A DNA stretch of 64,000 nt, from contig CAINHC010000001.1 in the NCBI GenBank assembly GCA_903848795.1, positions 14,915-78,914 on the forward strand, in the 5' to 3' direction. Below the pieces are notes generated by a model. It ran no database searches, was not told the origin of the DNA, and saw only the letters and a list, made by a program, of their open reading frames with translations. Position numbers and translations under genes: made by a program. The stretch comes from an uncultured bacterium. GTDB lineage: Bacteria > Patescibacteriota > Minisyncoccia > Phycocordibacterales > CAIZLB01. Below, one piece after another: positions 9,783-18,736 of this stretch (its first letter is position 1; every line of letters starts with the position of its first letter).

Positions 9783-10931
9783 ATGAAATTCATAAACAGA
9801 GATATAAGCCTAAAAATAAAGAGCCTATCGAATACCCCAGTCATTACAATAACTGGGGCTAGACAGACTGGCAAAACAACCCTGGCTAAGGAACTGTTTC
9901 CTGATTATTTGTATGTTAACCTTGAATTCCCCGACGTAAGAGCTACTGCCAAAAACGATCCGAGGAGCTTTTTACAACAATCAGACAAAATGATAATAGA
10001 CGAGATACAATGGGTACCTGAATTGTTCTCATATATACAAGGTTTTGTAGATGAAGATAAGGATAAAAGATTTGTTCTAACTGGATCAAACAACTTCAAC
10101 CTGCTTCACAAAATATCCCAATCATTAGCTGGAAGAGTCGCTTTGTTTTCCATACCCACACTTTCGCTACATGAGATTAAAACCTCTGATAATCTATCAG
10201 AAAATCTATACCAAAGTATCTACAATGGAGGATACCCTAGAATAATCAATGGCCAAGAAAAACCCGAAGATTGGTATAAGAGTTATGTTCAAACATACCT
10301 GGAAAAAGATATACGAGATACAGCCTCGATACACATGATTGATAGATTTTTTATTTTTTTGCAAATCTTAGCAACAAGAGTTGGGAGTATTATTAATTAT
10401 ACAAGTATCGCAAATGAAGTTCAGGTATCTGCTGGAACAATACGAGACTGGGTTTCCATTCTTGAAGCAAGCTTCATTATATTTAAAATTAATCCTTATC
10501 ACAAAAACATCAAAAAGAGATTGGTTAAATCGCCTAAGGTGTATTTTAACGATACAGGTCTACTGTGTTCCCTGCTTAACATAAAAAGCCCGAGCGACAT
10601 ACAAACACACCCGTTCTCAGGTTTTATATTTGAAAATTATATAATCAATGAATACCTTAAAATGGAATCCTTGGAAAATAATTTACATAGCTTGTTTTTC
10701 TATAGAGACCATGATGGAAATGAAGTAGACCTTATAATAGAACGCGGGGTGGATAAACTAGAAATGTGTGAGCTTAAATTACATAAAACTTTTTCAAAAG
10801 ACTTCACTAAAGGGTTAGAGTTTTTATCTAATGAACTAGCAATAGACGTCACTAAGAATGTAATATACGGTGGTGATGAAAATCAAAAATCAGGAGACGT
10901 CAATATAATTTCTTGGAAAAACATACAGTAA
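9783..10931 (+). CDS. AAA+ ATPase (AAA_14 / DUF4143 family)
   Basis: Walker A ITGARQTGKTTLAKE. ~380 aa with DUF4143-like C-terminal half. Paralog of the 26496-27620 gene. Confidence 0.65.
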   Translation: MKFINRDISLKIKSLSNTPVITITGARQTGKTTLAKELFPDYLYVNLEFPDVRATAKNDPRSFLQQSDKMIIDEIQWVPELFSYIQGFVDEDKDKRFVLTGSNNFNLLHKISQSLAGRVALFSIPTLSLHEIKTSDNLSENLYQSIYNGGYPRIINGQEKPEDWYKSYVQTYLEKDIRDTASIHMIDRFFIFLQILATRVGSIINYTSIANEVQVSAGTIRDWVSILEASFIIFKINPYHKNIKKRLVKSPKVYFNDTGLLCSLLNIKSPSDIQTHPFSGFIFENYIINEYLKMESLENNLHSLFFYRDHDGNEVDLIIERGVDKLEMCELKLHKTFSKDFTKGLEFLSNELAIDVTKNVIYGGDENQKSGDVNIISWKNIQ

Positions 10932-10952
10932 TCCACGACCTCTATTTAAGCT

Positions 10953-12449
10953 TTAGTCCTTTCTCAAAAACAATGGAGCCTCTGGCATCTTATGATTTGT
11001 AATGCAATCAATAATTAAAGATGAAGTATTTGGCATTACAATAGAAAGTTTATAAGCGCCGATTAATAATTGTTCTTGCAAATGAATCAAATCCTTACGC
11101 GCCAATTCCGGCTCAACTTTAAATTTCTTGAATGGTTGTTCTTCTTGAATAAATCGATCCAGCTTTGTAAAGTTATCAAAAATTTCTTGAACATAGAGAT
11201 CTAATCTAAAGTCCTCGATATGTTTATTTTCTTTTCCATTTAGAATATCAACTGACGACTTAGCACCCTGTATTTGTTCTTCAGTTAGTTTAGACTCATA
11301 AGAAACTGCCATCTTCATAACCCTTGAAACTAGATTTCCGATTCCATTTGCAAGGTGGGCATTATAAACTTCCTTAAACTTATTCATCGCAAAAGGTGAA
11401 TCTTCAAATGGCTGAAGCTCTTTTGTAACAAAGAATCTAAGTGCATCGGCTCCATACTCTTCAACAACTTCAGTTGGATTGACTGTATTTCCCAATGACT
11501 TTGACATCTTTACCCCGCCTTCGCCAGTTATCCAGCCATTTATAATAATCTTATGAGTATTAGGTAGACCAGCCGCCAAAAGCATAGATTGCCAAGTTAC
11601 AGCTTGGAATCTAGTATTATCCTTTCCACAATATTGAACTGGATTTCCATCTCGCCAATATTTGTTAAAATCGCTGTCCGAGCCATTTTCATTCTCCGGC
11701 CAACCTAAAGTAGAGATATAGTTTGTAAGAGCATCAAACCAAACATACATCACATGATCATTATCCTCCGGTACATCAATTCCCCAAGGCATTTTTACCT
11801 TCAGTCTTGAAATACTAAAGTCCTCCAATCCCCTTTTCACAAACTCCTTCATCTCATTTAGTCTTGATTCTGGAATGACAATTTGTGGATTCGATTCAAA
11901 TAGAGTATATAGCTGATCAGCGAGCGCCGATAGTTTAAAGAAATAATTCTCTTCGTCAATGATTTCTATATCACGATTTGGGTGAACTGGGCATTTACCG
12001 TCCACAAGCTCTGAATCAGTTTTATTTTCTTCACATCCAACACAATATTTGGTCTGATAATTCTTTTTATAAATGTACCCTCTTTCTTTAACACTATTCC
12101 ACAGCGTTTGAGAACTAGTTATATGATGCTTATCTGTAGTTCTTATAAAGTGAATATCTGACAAAATATCAAGATCTCCAATAAGATTCTTAAACTTTGA
12201 AGAAGCCTTGTCCAAAAAATCCATTATATCCATCCCCCTTTCTTTTGCCGTCTCATACAATTTGAGACCATGCTCATCTGTTCCAGTATTAAAAAACACA
12301 TCAAAGCCTAACGCTTTTTTGTATCTAGCAATAACATCCGCTCTAATTATTTCCATCGCAAATCCAATATGAGGATCACCATTCACATAAGGAAGGGTTG
12401 TAGTAATATAAAAGCTTTTCTTATCTTGATTTTTTGTATTTTGAGACAT
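10953..12449 (-). CDS. metG: methionyl-tRNA synthetase, minimal form lacking C-terminal tRNA-binding domain
   Basis: Class I motifs P-Y-VNGDPHIGF (HIGH-like) and KMSKSLGN. Zinc-knuckle CVGCEE…CPVH. 498 aa with no Trbp111-like C-terminal extension. Confidence 0.9.
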   Translation of the reverse strand: MSQNTKNQDKKSFYITTTLPYVNGDPHIGFAMEIIRADVIARYKKALGFDVFFNTGTDEHGLKLYETAKERGMDIMDFLDKASSKFKNLIGDLDILSDIHFIRTTDKHHITSSQTLWNSVKERGYIYKKNYQTKYCVGCEENKTDSELVDGKCPVHPNRDIEIIDEENYFFKLSALADQLYTLFESNPQIVIPESRLNEMKEFVKRGLEDFSISRLKVKMPWGIDVPEDNDHVMYVWFDALTNYISTLGWPENENGSDSDFNKYWRDGNPVQYCGKDNTRFQAVTWQSMLLAAGLPNTHKIIINGWITGEGGVKMSKSLGNTVNPTEVVEEYGADALRFFVTKELQPFEDSPFAMNKFKEVYNAHLANGIGNLVSRVMKMAVSYESKLTEEQIQGAKSSVDILNGKENKHIEDFRLDLYVQEIFDNFTKLDRFIQEEQPFKKFKVEPELARKDLIHLQEQLLIGAYKLSIVMPNTSSLIIDCITNHKMPEAPLFLRKD

Positions 12450-12539
12450 AACTTTATTCTTAATTTATCAACATTCTTAATTTAACAATTTCCACGCCGC
12501 AACAGCAGAAAATTTCTGCAAAATGTAAACTTCTAAGCT

Positions 12540-13628
12540 TTACATATTCAGATTTTCCACCCCAGTAGCAGAATCCTTTTTACGTCTCTCTACATCATCT
12601 ATGTATTCCATGAGTGCAACAGAGACGGGAACAGCGAGAATAGCGCCAACAATACCAGCAAGCTCAGCACCAGCAACAAGAGCAATAATTACAAGAAGTG
12701 GCGGAACACCAACCAACTTCTTAACAACTAGTGGATAGAAAACGTGAGCTTCAATCTGTTGAACAATCAAATAGAGTCCAACAATAAACAAACCAACGCC
12801 AATTCCACCATCTAGTATTCCTAGGAAAAATGCAGGGATCGCAGAAAGTGTCATTCCAACGACCGGAATCAATTCAAATACCCCAGCAATTAACGCGAGT
12901 AACAATGCGTGCTTCACACCTATTATCATTAATCCAATATAGATAAACACGAACACGACAAGACCTAGCACCAATTGCCCCTGCATCCATCGTGCGATTT
13001 TTGTCTCCGATCTTTGCCATAGTCCTCTTACATATTTTTCCTTTTCTGGAGGAGTGACAATTGAGAGGAACTCTCCCACCCCGTCTTCCCTAACAGATAG
13101 ATAGAAGGCAATCACCATAACTAGGATGGTGCTAATAATTCCACCAAAGAATCCCGCAACAGTGTCGAACATTCCTCCAGAGAAATTGGAAACGGTATCG
13201 GTTACCTTTGAAATAATATCTCCAACAGAAATTGTACTTGGAATATCTGGGAAAAAGAGCTTTGTGCTAGAGTATGCGTTTTTATTTATTGGGCTAAATA
13301 TATCAATTGTCTTAATATATTTTGGAATACTGTTAACAGCTGAAACTGTCTCGCCCAGGAGTATCGGAACAGCAAAGGAAAATAACACTGATATTGCACC
13401 TATAATCAGAGCGTAAACAAAAATTGCAGCCAGTGCTCTTGGAACATTCTTCTTAACAAAGTATTTAACTGCAGGCTCAACAACTGAGGCAATAACGATA
13501 CCTGTAAGAATTATTAATCCCAAGCCCCGAAGAGCAAATAGGAAGTATACACCCAACAAAAATACAGCTATTTTGAAGAGTGTCTTGAAGCTTATATTTA
13601 AATTTATTGAATTAGTCTTATCAGTCAC
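12540..13628 (-). CDS. AI-2E family transporter (UPF0118) membrane protein
   Basis: 362 aa with ~8 predicted TM helices and the characteristic length and hydrophobic pattern of PF01594 proteins. Confidence 0.65.
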   Translation of the reverse strand: MTDKTNSINLNISFKTLFKIAVFLLGVYFLFALRGLGLIILTGIVIASVVEPAVKYFVKKNVPRALAAIFVYALIIGAISVLFSFAVPILLGETVSAVNSIPKYIKTIDIFSPINKNAYSSTKLFFPDIPSTISVGDIISKVTDTVSNFSGGMFDTVAGFFGGIISTILVMVIAFYLSVREDGVGEFLSIVTPPEKEKYVRGLWQRSETKIARWMQGQLVLGLVVFVFIYIGLMIIGVKHALLLALIAGVFELIPVVGMTLSAIPAFFLGILDGGIGVGLFIVGLYLIVQQIEAHVFYPLVVKKLVGVPPLLVIIALVAGAELAGIVGAILAVPVSVALMEYIDDVERRKKDSATGVENLNM

Positions 13629-13770
13629 AATTAAAGAATACCACTAGTTGGCTTCTACTGCAAAGGCCAATTCTGTCTATCACAAAGATCTTCTAATTGA
13701 CATAAAGAAAATTAGAGCTAATATTTAGCTGGGTAACCTAAAACCAACAACAATTAACAAAGGAGATTAT

Positions 13771-13992
13771 ATGAAAGAACATGTAGTAAGTCGCTTAGGG
13801 TGTGGGCTGATTGAATTCGAAGGAGGGGCGGCGGCAGAAATTGACCCTCCACCCAAACTCGAAGTTGGTGACACCGTACAAATTGAACTCCATGGCGTTA
13901 GTAGAGTAGGCGTCTATTGGATGAAATGGACAGACAAGGAAAAGGGGGAACATTTCATCAGATACGACATCGATGGTAATCCCATCAAGTAA
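13771..13992 (+). CDS. small hypothetical protein (73 aa)
   Basis: Good SD (aaaggag) 8 nt upstream of ATG. Strong terminator immediately downstream. No homology recognised. Confidence 0.45.
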   Translation: MKEHVVSRLGCGLIEFEGGAAAEIDPPPKLEVGDTVQIELHGVSRVGVYWMKWTDKEKGEHFIRYDIDGNPIK

Positions 13993-14014
13993 TTCAAGGT
14001 CACCGCTCCTCACG

Positions 14015-14041
14015 AAAACCGCTCGTGTCACGAGCGGTTTT
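14015..14041. terminator. bidirectional rho-independent terminator
   Basis: AAAACCGCTCGtgtcaCGAGCGGTTTT, a perfect 11-bp stem with A-run and T-run flanks. Between the small ORF (+) and glyQS (-). Confidence 0.7.
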
Positions 14042-14107
14042 CATTTATATAAAACAATATTTGAATCTAAATTTTGCTTGCCAACACAAAAAAGTTAGAC
14101 AATTCCC

Positions 14108-15463
14108 CTAAAGCGCCATTTTCACCACATCCACAATCTGCTCAATAGACAATCTATCTTGTGTAGCCGAATCTCTATATCTCAAAGTCATGGTTTGATC
14201 CTTTTCTACTGTGTCAAAATCCACGGTTATACAATATGGTGTACCGATTTCATCTTGTCTTCTATATCTTTTACCAATGTTTCCATTATCATCAAACATT
14301 ATTCTTCCAGGGAATTCCTTCTTCAGCATTGAATACACTTCCCTAGCCTTCTCGACTAGTTGTGGCTTATTTTTTAGCAATGGAGAAACCGCAATCAAAA
14401 CTGGTGCAATCCTTGGTGACAACTTTAGATAAACTCTTTTCTCTCCGCCAACTTCATCTTCAGAATAAGCATCGGTAAGCACCGCTAACACTGTTCTGTC
14501 CACTCCAAGTGATGGCTCAATACAATGTGGAATAAATCGCTCTTTTGTTTCCTCATCAAAGAAAGACAGATCGGTTCCCGATGCATCAGAGTGACTCTTT
14601 AAATCGAAGTCTGTTCTATAAGCAAGACCGTAAAGCTCTTTTTGACCCATTGGAAAATCAAACTCAAAGTCTATTGTGCGCTTTGAATAGTGAGCTAGGT
14701 CCTCGGGTGCAATTTCTACATCGTGAATTTTAGCAGGAGTTAGACCAACATCATCAGCGAAAGCGTGCACCTGTTGTCTAAAATGCTCAAAAGACTCTTC
14801 CCAACTATTTGGATTAACAAAATACTCTATTTCCATTTGCTCAAACTCACGAGTTCTGAATATAAAATCACGAGGAGCAATCTCATTTCTAAATGCCTTT
14901 CCGATTTGTGCCATACCAAATGGTAGCTTCGGATGGAATGAGTCTAGGGTATTCTTGAAGTTTACAAACATTCCTTGTGCAGTTTCTGGGCGAAGATATG
15001 AGACAGAATCTTCATCTTGATTTGCACCAACATGCGTTGTGAACATCATCTTGAATTGTCTAACATCGCCAAGCGCATTACCTTCTGGACTCTTAATTCC
15101 CTTTTCTTTGATAGCAGAGTCCATTTCCTTAAGTGACATTCCTTTGATATCAACACCGGCCTCTTGTAGTAAGTGATCAGCTCTGTATCTTTTGTTAGTT
15201 TTTATATCATCAACAAGTGGGTCAAAGAATCCCGCAACGTGACCACTCGCCTTCCAAACATTTTGATTCATTAGAATTGCAGCATCGACTCCATACATAT
15301 CGTCTCTATCTAGCACAAAACGCTTCCACCAAGTGTTCTTGATGTTGTTCTTTAGTGCAAGTCCTAGATGCCCATAGTCCCAAGTTCCAGCGAGACCTCC
15401 ATAAATTTCCGAACCTTGGTATATAAAACCTCGTCTTTTAGCTAATGCAATTATTTCTTCCAT
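14108..15463 (-). CDS. glyQS: glycyl-tRNA synthetase (class II, alpha2 type)
   Basis: N-terminal MEEIIALAKRRGFIYQGSEIYGGLAGTWDYGHLG…, class II core and C-terminal anticodon-binding domain. 451 aa. Confidence 0.9.
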   Translation of the reverse strand: MEEIIALAKRRGFIYQGSEIYGGLAGTWDYGHLGLALKNNIKNTWWKRFVLDRDDMYGVDAAILMNQNVWKASGHVAGFFDPLVDDIKTNKRYRADHLLQEAGVDIKGMSLKEMDSAIKEKGIKSPEGNALGDVRQFKMMFTTHVGANQDEDSVSYLRPETAQGMFVNFKNTLDSFHPKLPFGMAQIGKAFRNEIAPRDFIFRTREFEQMEIEYFVNPNSWEESFEHFRQQVHAFADDVGLTPAKIHDVEIAPEDLAHYSKRTIDFEFDFPMGQKELYGLAYRTDFDLKSHSDASGTDLSFFDEETKERFIPHCIEPSLGVDRTVLAVLTDAYSEDEVGGEKRVYLKLSPRIAPVLIAVSPLLKNKPQLVEKAREVYSMLKKEFPGRIMFDDNGNIGKRYRRQDEIGTPYCITVDFDTVEKDQTMTLRYRDSATQDRLSIEQIVDVVKMAL

Positions 15464-15486
15464 ATATTGATATAGTAGCAGTTTTT

Positions 15487-15528
15487 TGAGGAAAGCAAAA
15501 CACCGCGTCCCTGGGGAGGGACGCGGTG
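15487..15528 (-). terminator. rho-independent terminator for the GC-rich small ORF
   Basis: CACCGCGTCCCtggggaGGGACGCGGTG 11-bp stem followed on the minus strand by TTTTGCTTTCC. Confidence 0.55.
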
Positions 15529-15554
15529 TGGTTTGTTACCACCCAAGACTGTCG

Positions 15555-15863
15555 TTACAGACGAGCGAACAGGGTGACAACGACTACGACGATAACCAGA
15601 AAGCTGGCGACTGCAATCCTCACCGTCCAACGGAAACCCCAATAGTCTTTCCAGGATGCACAAATATCAGACCAGATCGATCCGAGACTCTTGTTGGGTG
15701 TGAGCACATTCATGACGAAGTGTTGAATCACTACCACGGTGGGCAGGAGGGTTGTAATGGCGAAAGTTAACAGGATAAGGAGTGTTGTGTTCAAGTAGTT
15801 TGTCTTTCTTGCCAGAGTGTAGGACGATGGGCGACGTGCCGTTCCAGAAGGTTTTACCCCCAT
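15555..15863 (-). CDS. small two-TM membrane protein encoded in a GC-rich (~50%) island, possible horizontally acquired gene
   Basis: 102-aa ORF with two hydrophobic helices (LLILLTFAITTLLPTVVVI and IAVASFLVIVVVVVTLF). High-GC codons (CTG, GTC, CGT) atypical for this genome. Followed by a terminator. Several overlapping ORFs in other frames reflect GC-richness. Confidence 0.4.
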   Translation of the reverse strand: MGVKPSGTARRPSSYTLARKTNYLNTTLLILLTFAITTLLPTVVVIQHFVMNVLTPNKSLGSIWSDICASWKDYWGFRWTVRIAVASFLVIVVVVVTLFARL

Positions 15864-15983
15864 GAAAACTCATCAATCCAGTTCAGTTTTGGCGGTACTG
15901 TTCCACCTAGAATATAAACATAACTCGCCATCGCTGTCAAGCAGGCAGACTTTTGCACCATACAAACCACATTCAAAACCAAG

Positions 15984-18059
15984 CTACTTCCCTAACACCC
16001 TATCCAAACTCATGTCATATTTTGAATCAGACTTTATTTGAGTATTTAGAGAGTATCCATTTGCGCTAACGACAGTGTTTGTAAAACTATCTGTTCCAGC
16101 AATCTTTTGGGAGTTAACGATAATCGGGGATTGATTAACTTGTGAGAGACTTGGTAAAAACTCAACTTGATAAGACATTTCCTTTGGATTAGAAATATAT
16201 CCAGTTCCTGGTGCAATGTCTCCAGCCTTCCAAGTGATTGTTCTATTAGCTGAATCGTACACAACAGTTGAACTAGCAGTTTCTGGTGAGACCTTACCCA
16301 ACCAATTAACATAAATTGGAAGTTTTGCAGTATAAATCAAACCCTTAACACTGTTGTATGAATTGCTAATTTTTACATTAACTGTATATGTTGTTTTAAC
16401 ATTTGCCTTGGTTGGCATTGGACCGGTGTTTGTGAATGGACCATCATAATAAAGCAAACCTGTATCCAGCCCGAGATCACTAACTATTCTAATCTTACGA
16501 GATGATTGTGATGTAACCTCTTCGGTAACCTTATTCTCATTCAATCGATTTCCTTTAACTGTAAAATTTAAAGTAATTTCAGGTCGTCTTATATTTGAAG
16601 CCAAGTCTTTTGTCAAATCAAAGATCTTCATATTGAAGTTCGAGGTTCCGCTTTTGTTTGGCGCTACATCTTCCATTTGAGGATCGTTACTCTTTTCCCA
16701 GTAGAGTGTATCGTTGTCAGACTTGTAAAATCCATTGGGGACCGCCACGCTATCTCTATCAACCATCAAACCAGAAAGTTTACCTTCAATGGAAACGTCG
16801 TGAATTGAAACATCGAGATTGTTTTTCCATAAAATTTCACCTTGCAATAATTGACCACTATTTGCAACAACAATTTCATCTCCACTTCCATTAACAGCGA
16901 CATCCGCACCCAAAAATGGTGCACTCAAATTAATTGTACTTATTGCTGAAGCAAAAGTTGTATCTATCTCATTGGGATTTTTATTCTGTGCAGTTCCTGC
17001 AAAAAATCTAACCGTTCGCTCTTGATTTGTTTGACCAAATATCTTTGCATTAATTTCAATCTTTTTAACCTCCCCTGGTGCAATATCCCCTAATCTCCAG
17101 TGATCAGTCGCCAAAGATGGATCTGGATCGGCAGAAACATAATCAAAGCCAAATGGGTATTCGGCACTAAGGACAACATCTTTAATAACATCAGCAGAGT
17201 TGGATTTAACAGATACTACAAATTTTGTAGCCTGCTCTGGAATAATTTCCTTCACAAAATCTACAGTGATTGAAACAGGCCCTGCCCCAATACCTATTGG
17301 ATAAGTCTTTTGCTTGGCGAATAAACTATTTGTCCCAGGAAGTTTGTATTCCAATGAAACGCTAATATTCTTTGTGGAACCTTCTTCGCCTAGGATAATA
17401 GACTTAACAGTCGTCCTTTGAGTTCCGCCAGCGGCTATAGTGCCGAGTGGAATTCTGTCAGTCACAAGACTTGTTACTTTATCATCTGCACGTCTTGTGC
17501 CGTCCGGATATGTCATTATCAAATCAACACCCTCCAATGCATCCGAATTGTTATTGAACACATTTACATCAAGCGACAATTCCTGTCCGGCGGAAATTAT
17601 AATTGGACCAGAAACACTGAGCTCAATATTGCTACCAGATATTATATTTGGGTTTATTGTAAAGTAGTAATAAGCGACCCCGGCGGCGATAATCAAGAAA
17701 ACAATAGAAAAGACTGTTAGACCTTTTAGAAAGGAGTATATTTTGGAGGCGTCGCTGTTTTTGTCGATGGACTTTGATTTTTCCGAAATTGCATTTCTAT
17801 TTGCCCTATTATCTAAATTGGAAACTGAAAAAGGGTCTTCTTTTTTCTTATTCTCTTCAATGGGTTCGCTATTCTTATTTCCTTCCTCATCATCCCAATC
17901 TCTATTTACAGAAACATGATGCTCATGCATTTTTACATGCTTCATCTTTGGCAAATCACCAGATGTAGAATCTAGTTTCTTTTTTAATTCCTCCATTTTT
18001 CCTTCGTCTTTCATGCGATAAATTATATCACCCTTTGGGTAATTAAGTACAATCACCAA
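15984..18059 (-). CDS. large cell-surface protein with beta-rich CARDB/DUF11-like repeats, hypothetical
   Basis: 691 aa. Charged N-terminus, one TM (VFSIVFLIIAAGVAYYYF), then an extracellular beta-rich region with repeated T-V-x-V-N-x-G patterns. No catalytic motif. Confidence 0.45.
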   Translation of the reverse strand: MVIVLNYPKGDIIYRMKDEGKMEELKKKLDSTSGDLPKMKHVKMHEHHVSVNRDWDDEEGNKNSEPIEENKKKEDPFSVSNLDNRANRNAISEKSKSIDKNSDASKIYSFLKGLTVFSIVFLIIAAGVAYYYFTINPNIISGSNIELSVSGPIIISAGQELSLDVNVFNNNSDALEGVDLIMTYPDGTRRADDKVTSLVTDRIPLGTIAAGGTQRTTVKSIILGEEGSTKNISVSLEYKLPGTNSLFAKQKTYPIGIGAGPVSITVDFVKEIIPEQATKFVVSVKSNSADVIKDVVLSAEYPFGFDYVSADPDPSLATDHWRLGDIAPGEVKKIEINAKIFGQTNQERTVRFFAGTAQNKNPNEIDTTFASAISTINLSAPFLGADVAVNGSGDEIVVANSGQLLQGEILWKNNLDVSIHDVSIEGKLSGLMVDRDSVAVPNGFYKSDNDTLYWEKSNDPQMEDVAPNKSGTSNFNMKIFDLTKDLASNIRRPEITLNFTVKGNRLNENKVTEEVTSQSSRKIRIVSDLGLDTGLLYYDGPFTNTGPMPTKANVKTTYTVNVKISNSYNSVKGLIYTAKLPIYVNWLGKVSPETASSTVVYDSANRTITWKAGDIAPGTGYISNPKEMSYQVEFLPSLSQVNQSPIIVNSQKIAGTDSFTNTVVSANGYSLNTQIKSDSKYDMSLDRVLGK

Positions 18060-18130
18060 CTAGATACTGCATATCAAAATACCGCACAAGTGTTCGGCTT
18101 CAAAAGCGAATGCTCAAACACCTGGAAAAT

Positions 18131-18727
18131 CTACAACTGAGTCTCCGCCAACACCGACGCCGATTCCCTTTTCAGCTCTTCAATCAAATCTACCGCAACA
18201 CCTCTAATCTCAGTATTCCAAAGCGGAGAATAAACTATATCCTTTAACTTTTCACTAGGAGTTCCATAACCAAAGTGATGTGCGATTCTAAGATACGCAA
18301 GATTTTCGATGGAAATTAAATCATCATGGTTTCTAATAAACCTCGTCGCGGTCAACGCTTGATACATTCTACCGAATTCTTCAAACACCACCTTATTAAC
18401 CGCCTCCCCCGGGGAAAGTCGTTTTATAAAGTTCAAAACACGAGCAAGAGATTGTTTGACCTGAACTGGAATATTTTTATCATAAATATTCGTAATCTTC
18501 TCAGCACCAGTAATTCTCCATATTTCTTTACCTCGGACCAATGCGAATTTAGCAAATGTTAAATCCTGCAAACTATATCTAAGTTTTGATTGTAATTTAC
18601 GAACGCCTTGAGCTGTTGCAATAATAGTCCCCAATTCACTCGTTAGAATAGTAAAGGTTTTATTAGATTCTCCCGAATCTCCACTATCTATAATATAACC
18701 TTCTGTGTGATAAATTCTATATGACAC
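18131..18727 (-). CDS. recO: DNA repair protein RecO (short form)
   Basis: N-terminal OB-fold pattern TEGYIIDSGDSGESNKTFTILTSELGTIIATAQGVRKLQSKLR resembles RecO N-domain. 198 aa. Confidence 0.5.
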   Translation of the reverse strand: MSYRIYHTEGYIIDSGDSGESNKTFTILTSELGTIIATAQGVRKLQSKLRYSLQDLTFAKFALVRGKEIWRITGAEKITNIYDKNIPVQVKQSLARVLNFIKRLSPGEAVNKVVFEEFGRMYQALTATRFIRNHDDLISIENLAYLRIAHHFGYGTPSEKLKDIVYSPLWNTEIRGVAVDLIEELKRESASVLAETQL

Positions 18728-18736
18728 ATTTGTTAT

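Noticed and set aside
15486-15770. Plus-strand Cys/His-rich 94-aa ORF, and the alternative idea that the GC-rich island is RNase P RNA or tmRNA
   Set aside because: Composition is not protein-like (no hydrophobic core, C/H/G-rich as expected from GC-rich DNA in the wrong frame). I could not find RNase P (GGAAAGUCCGG…) or tmRNA (tag ORF …LAA, tRNA-like 3' end) signatures by eye. The minus-strand membrane ORF with its own terminator is the better explanation, though an Rfam scan is still advised.
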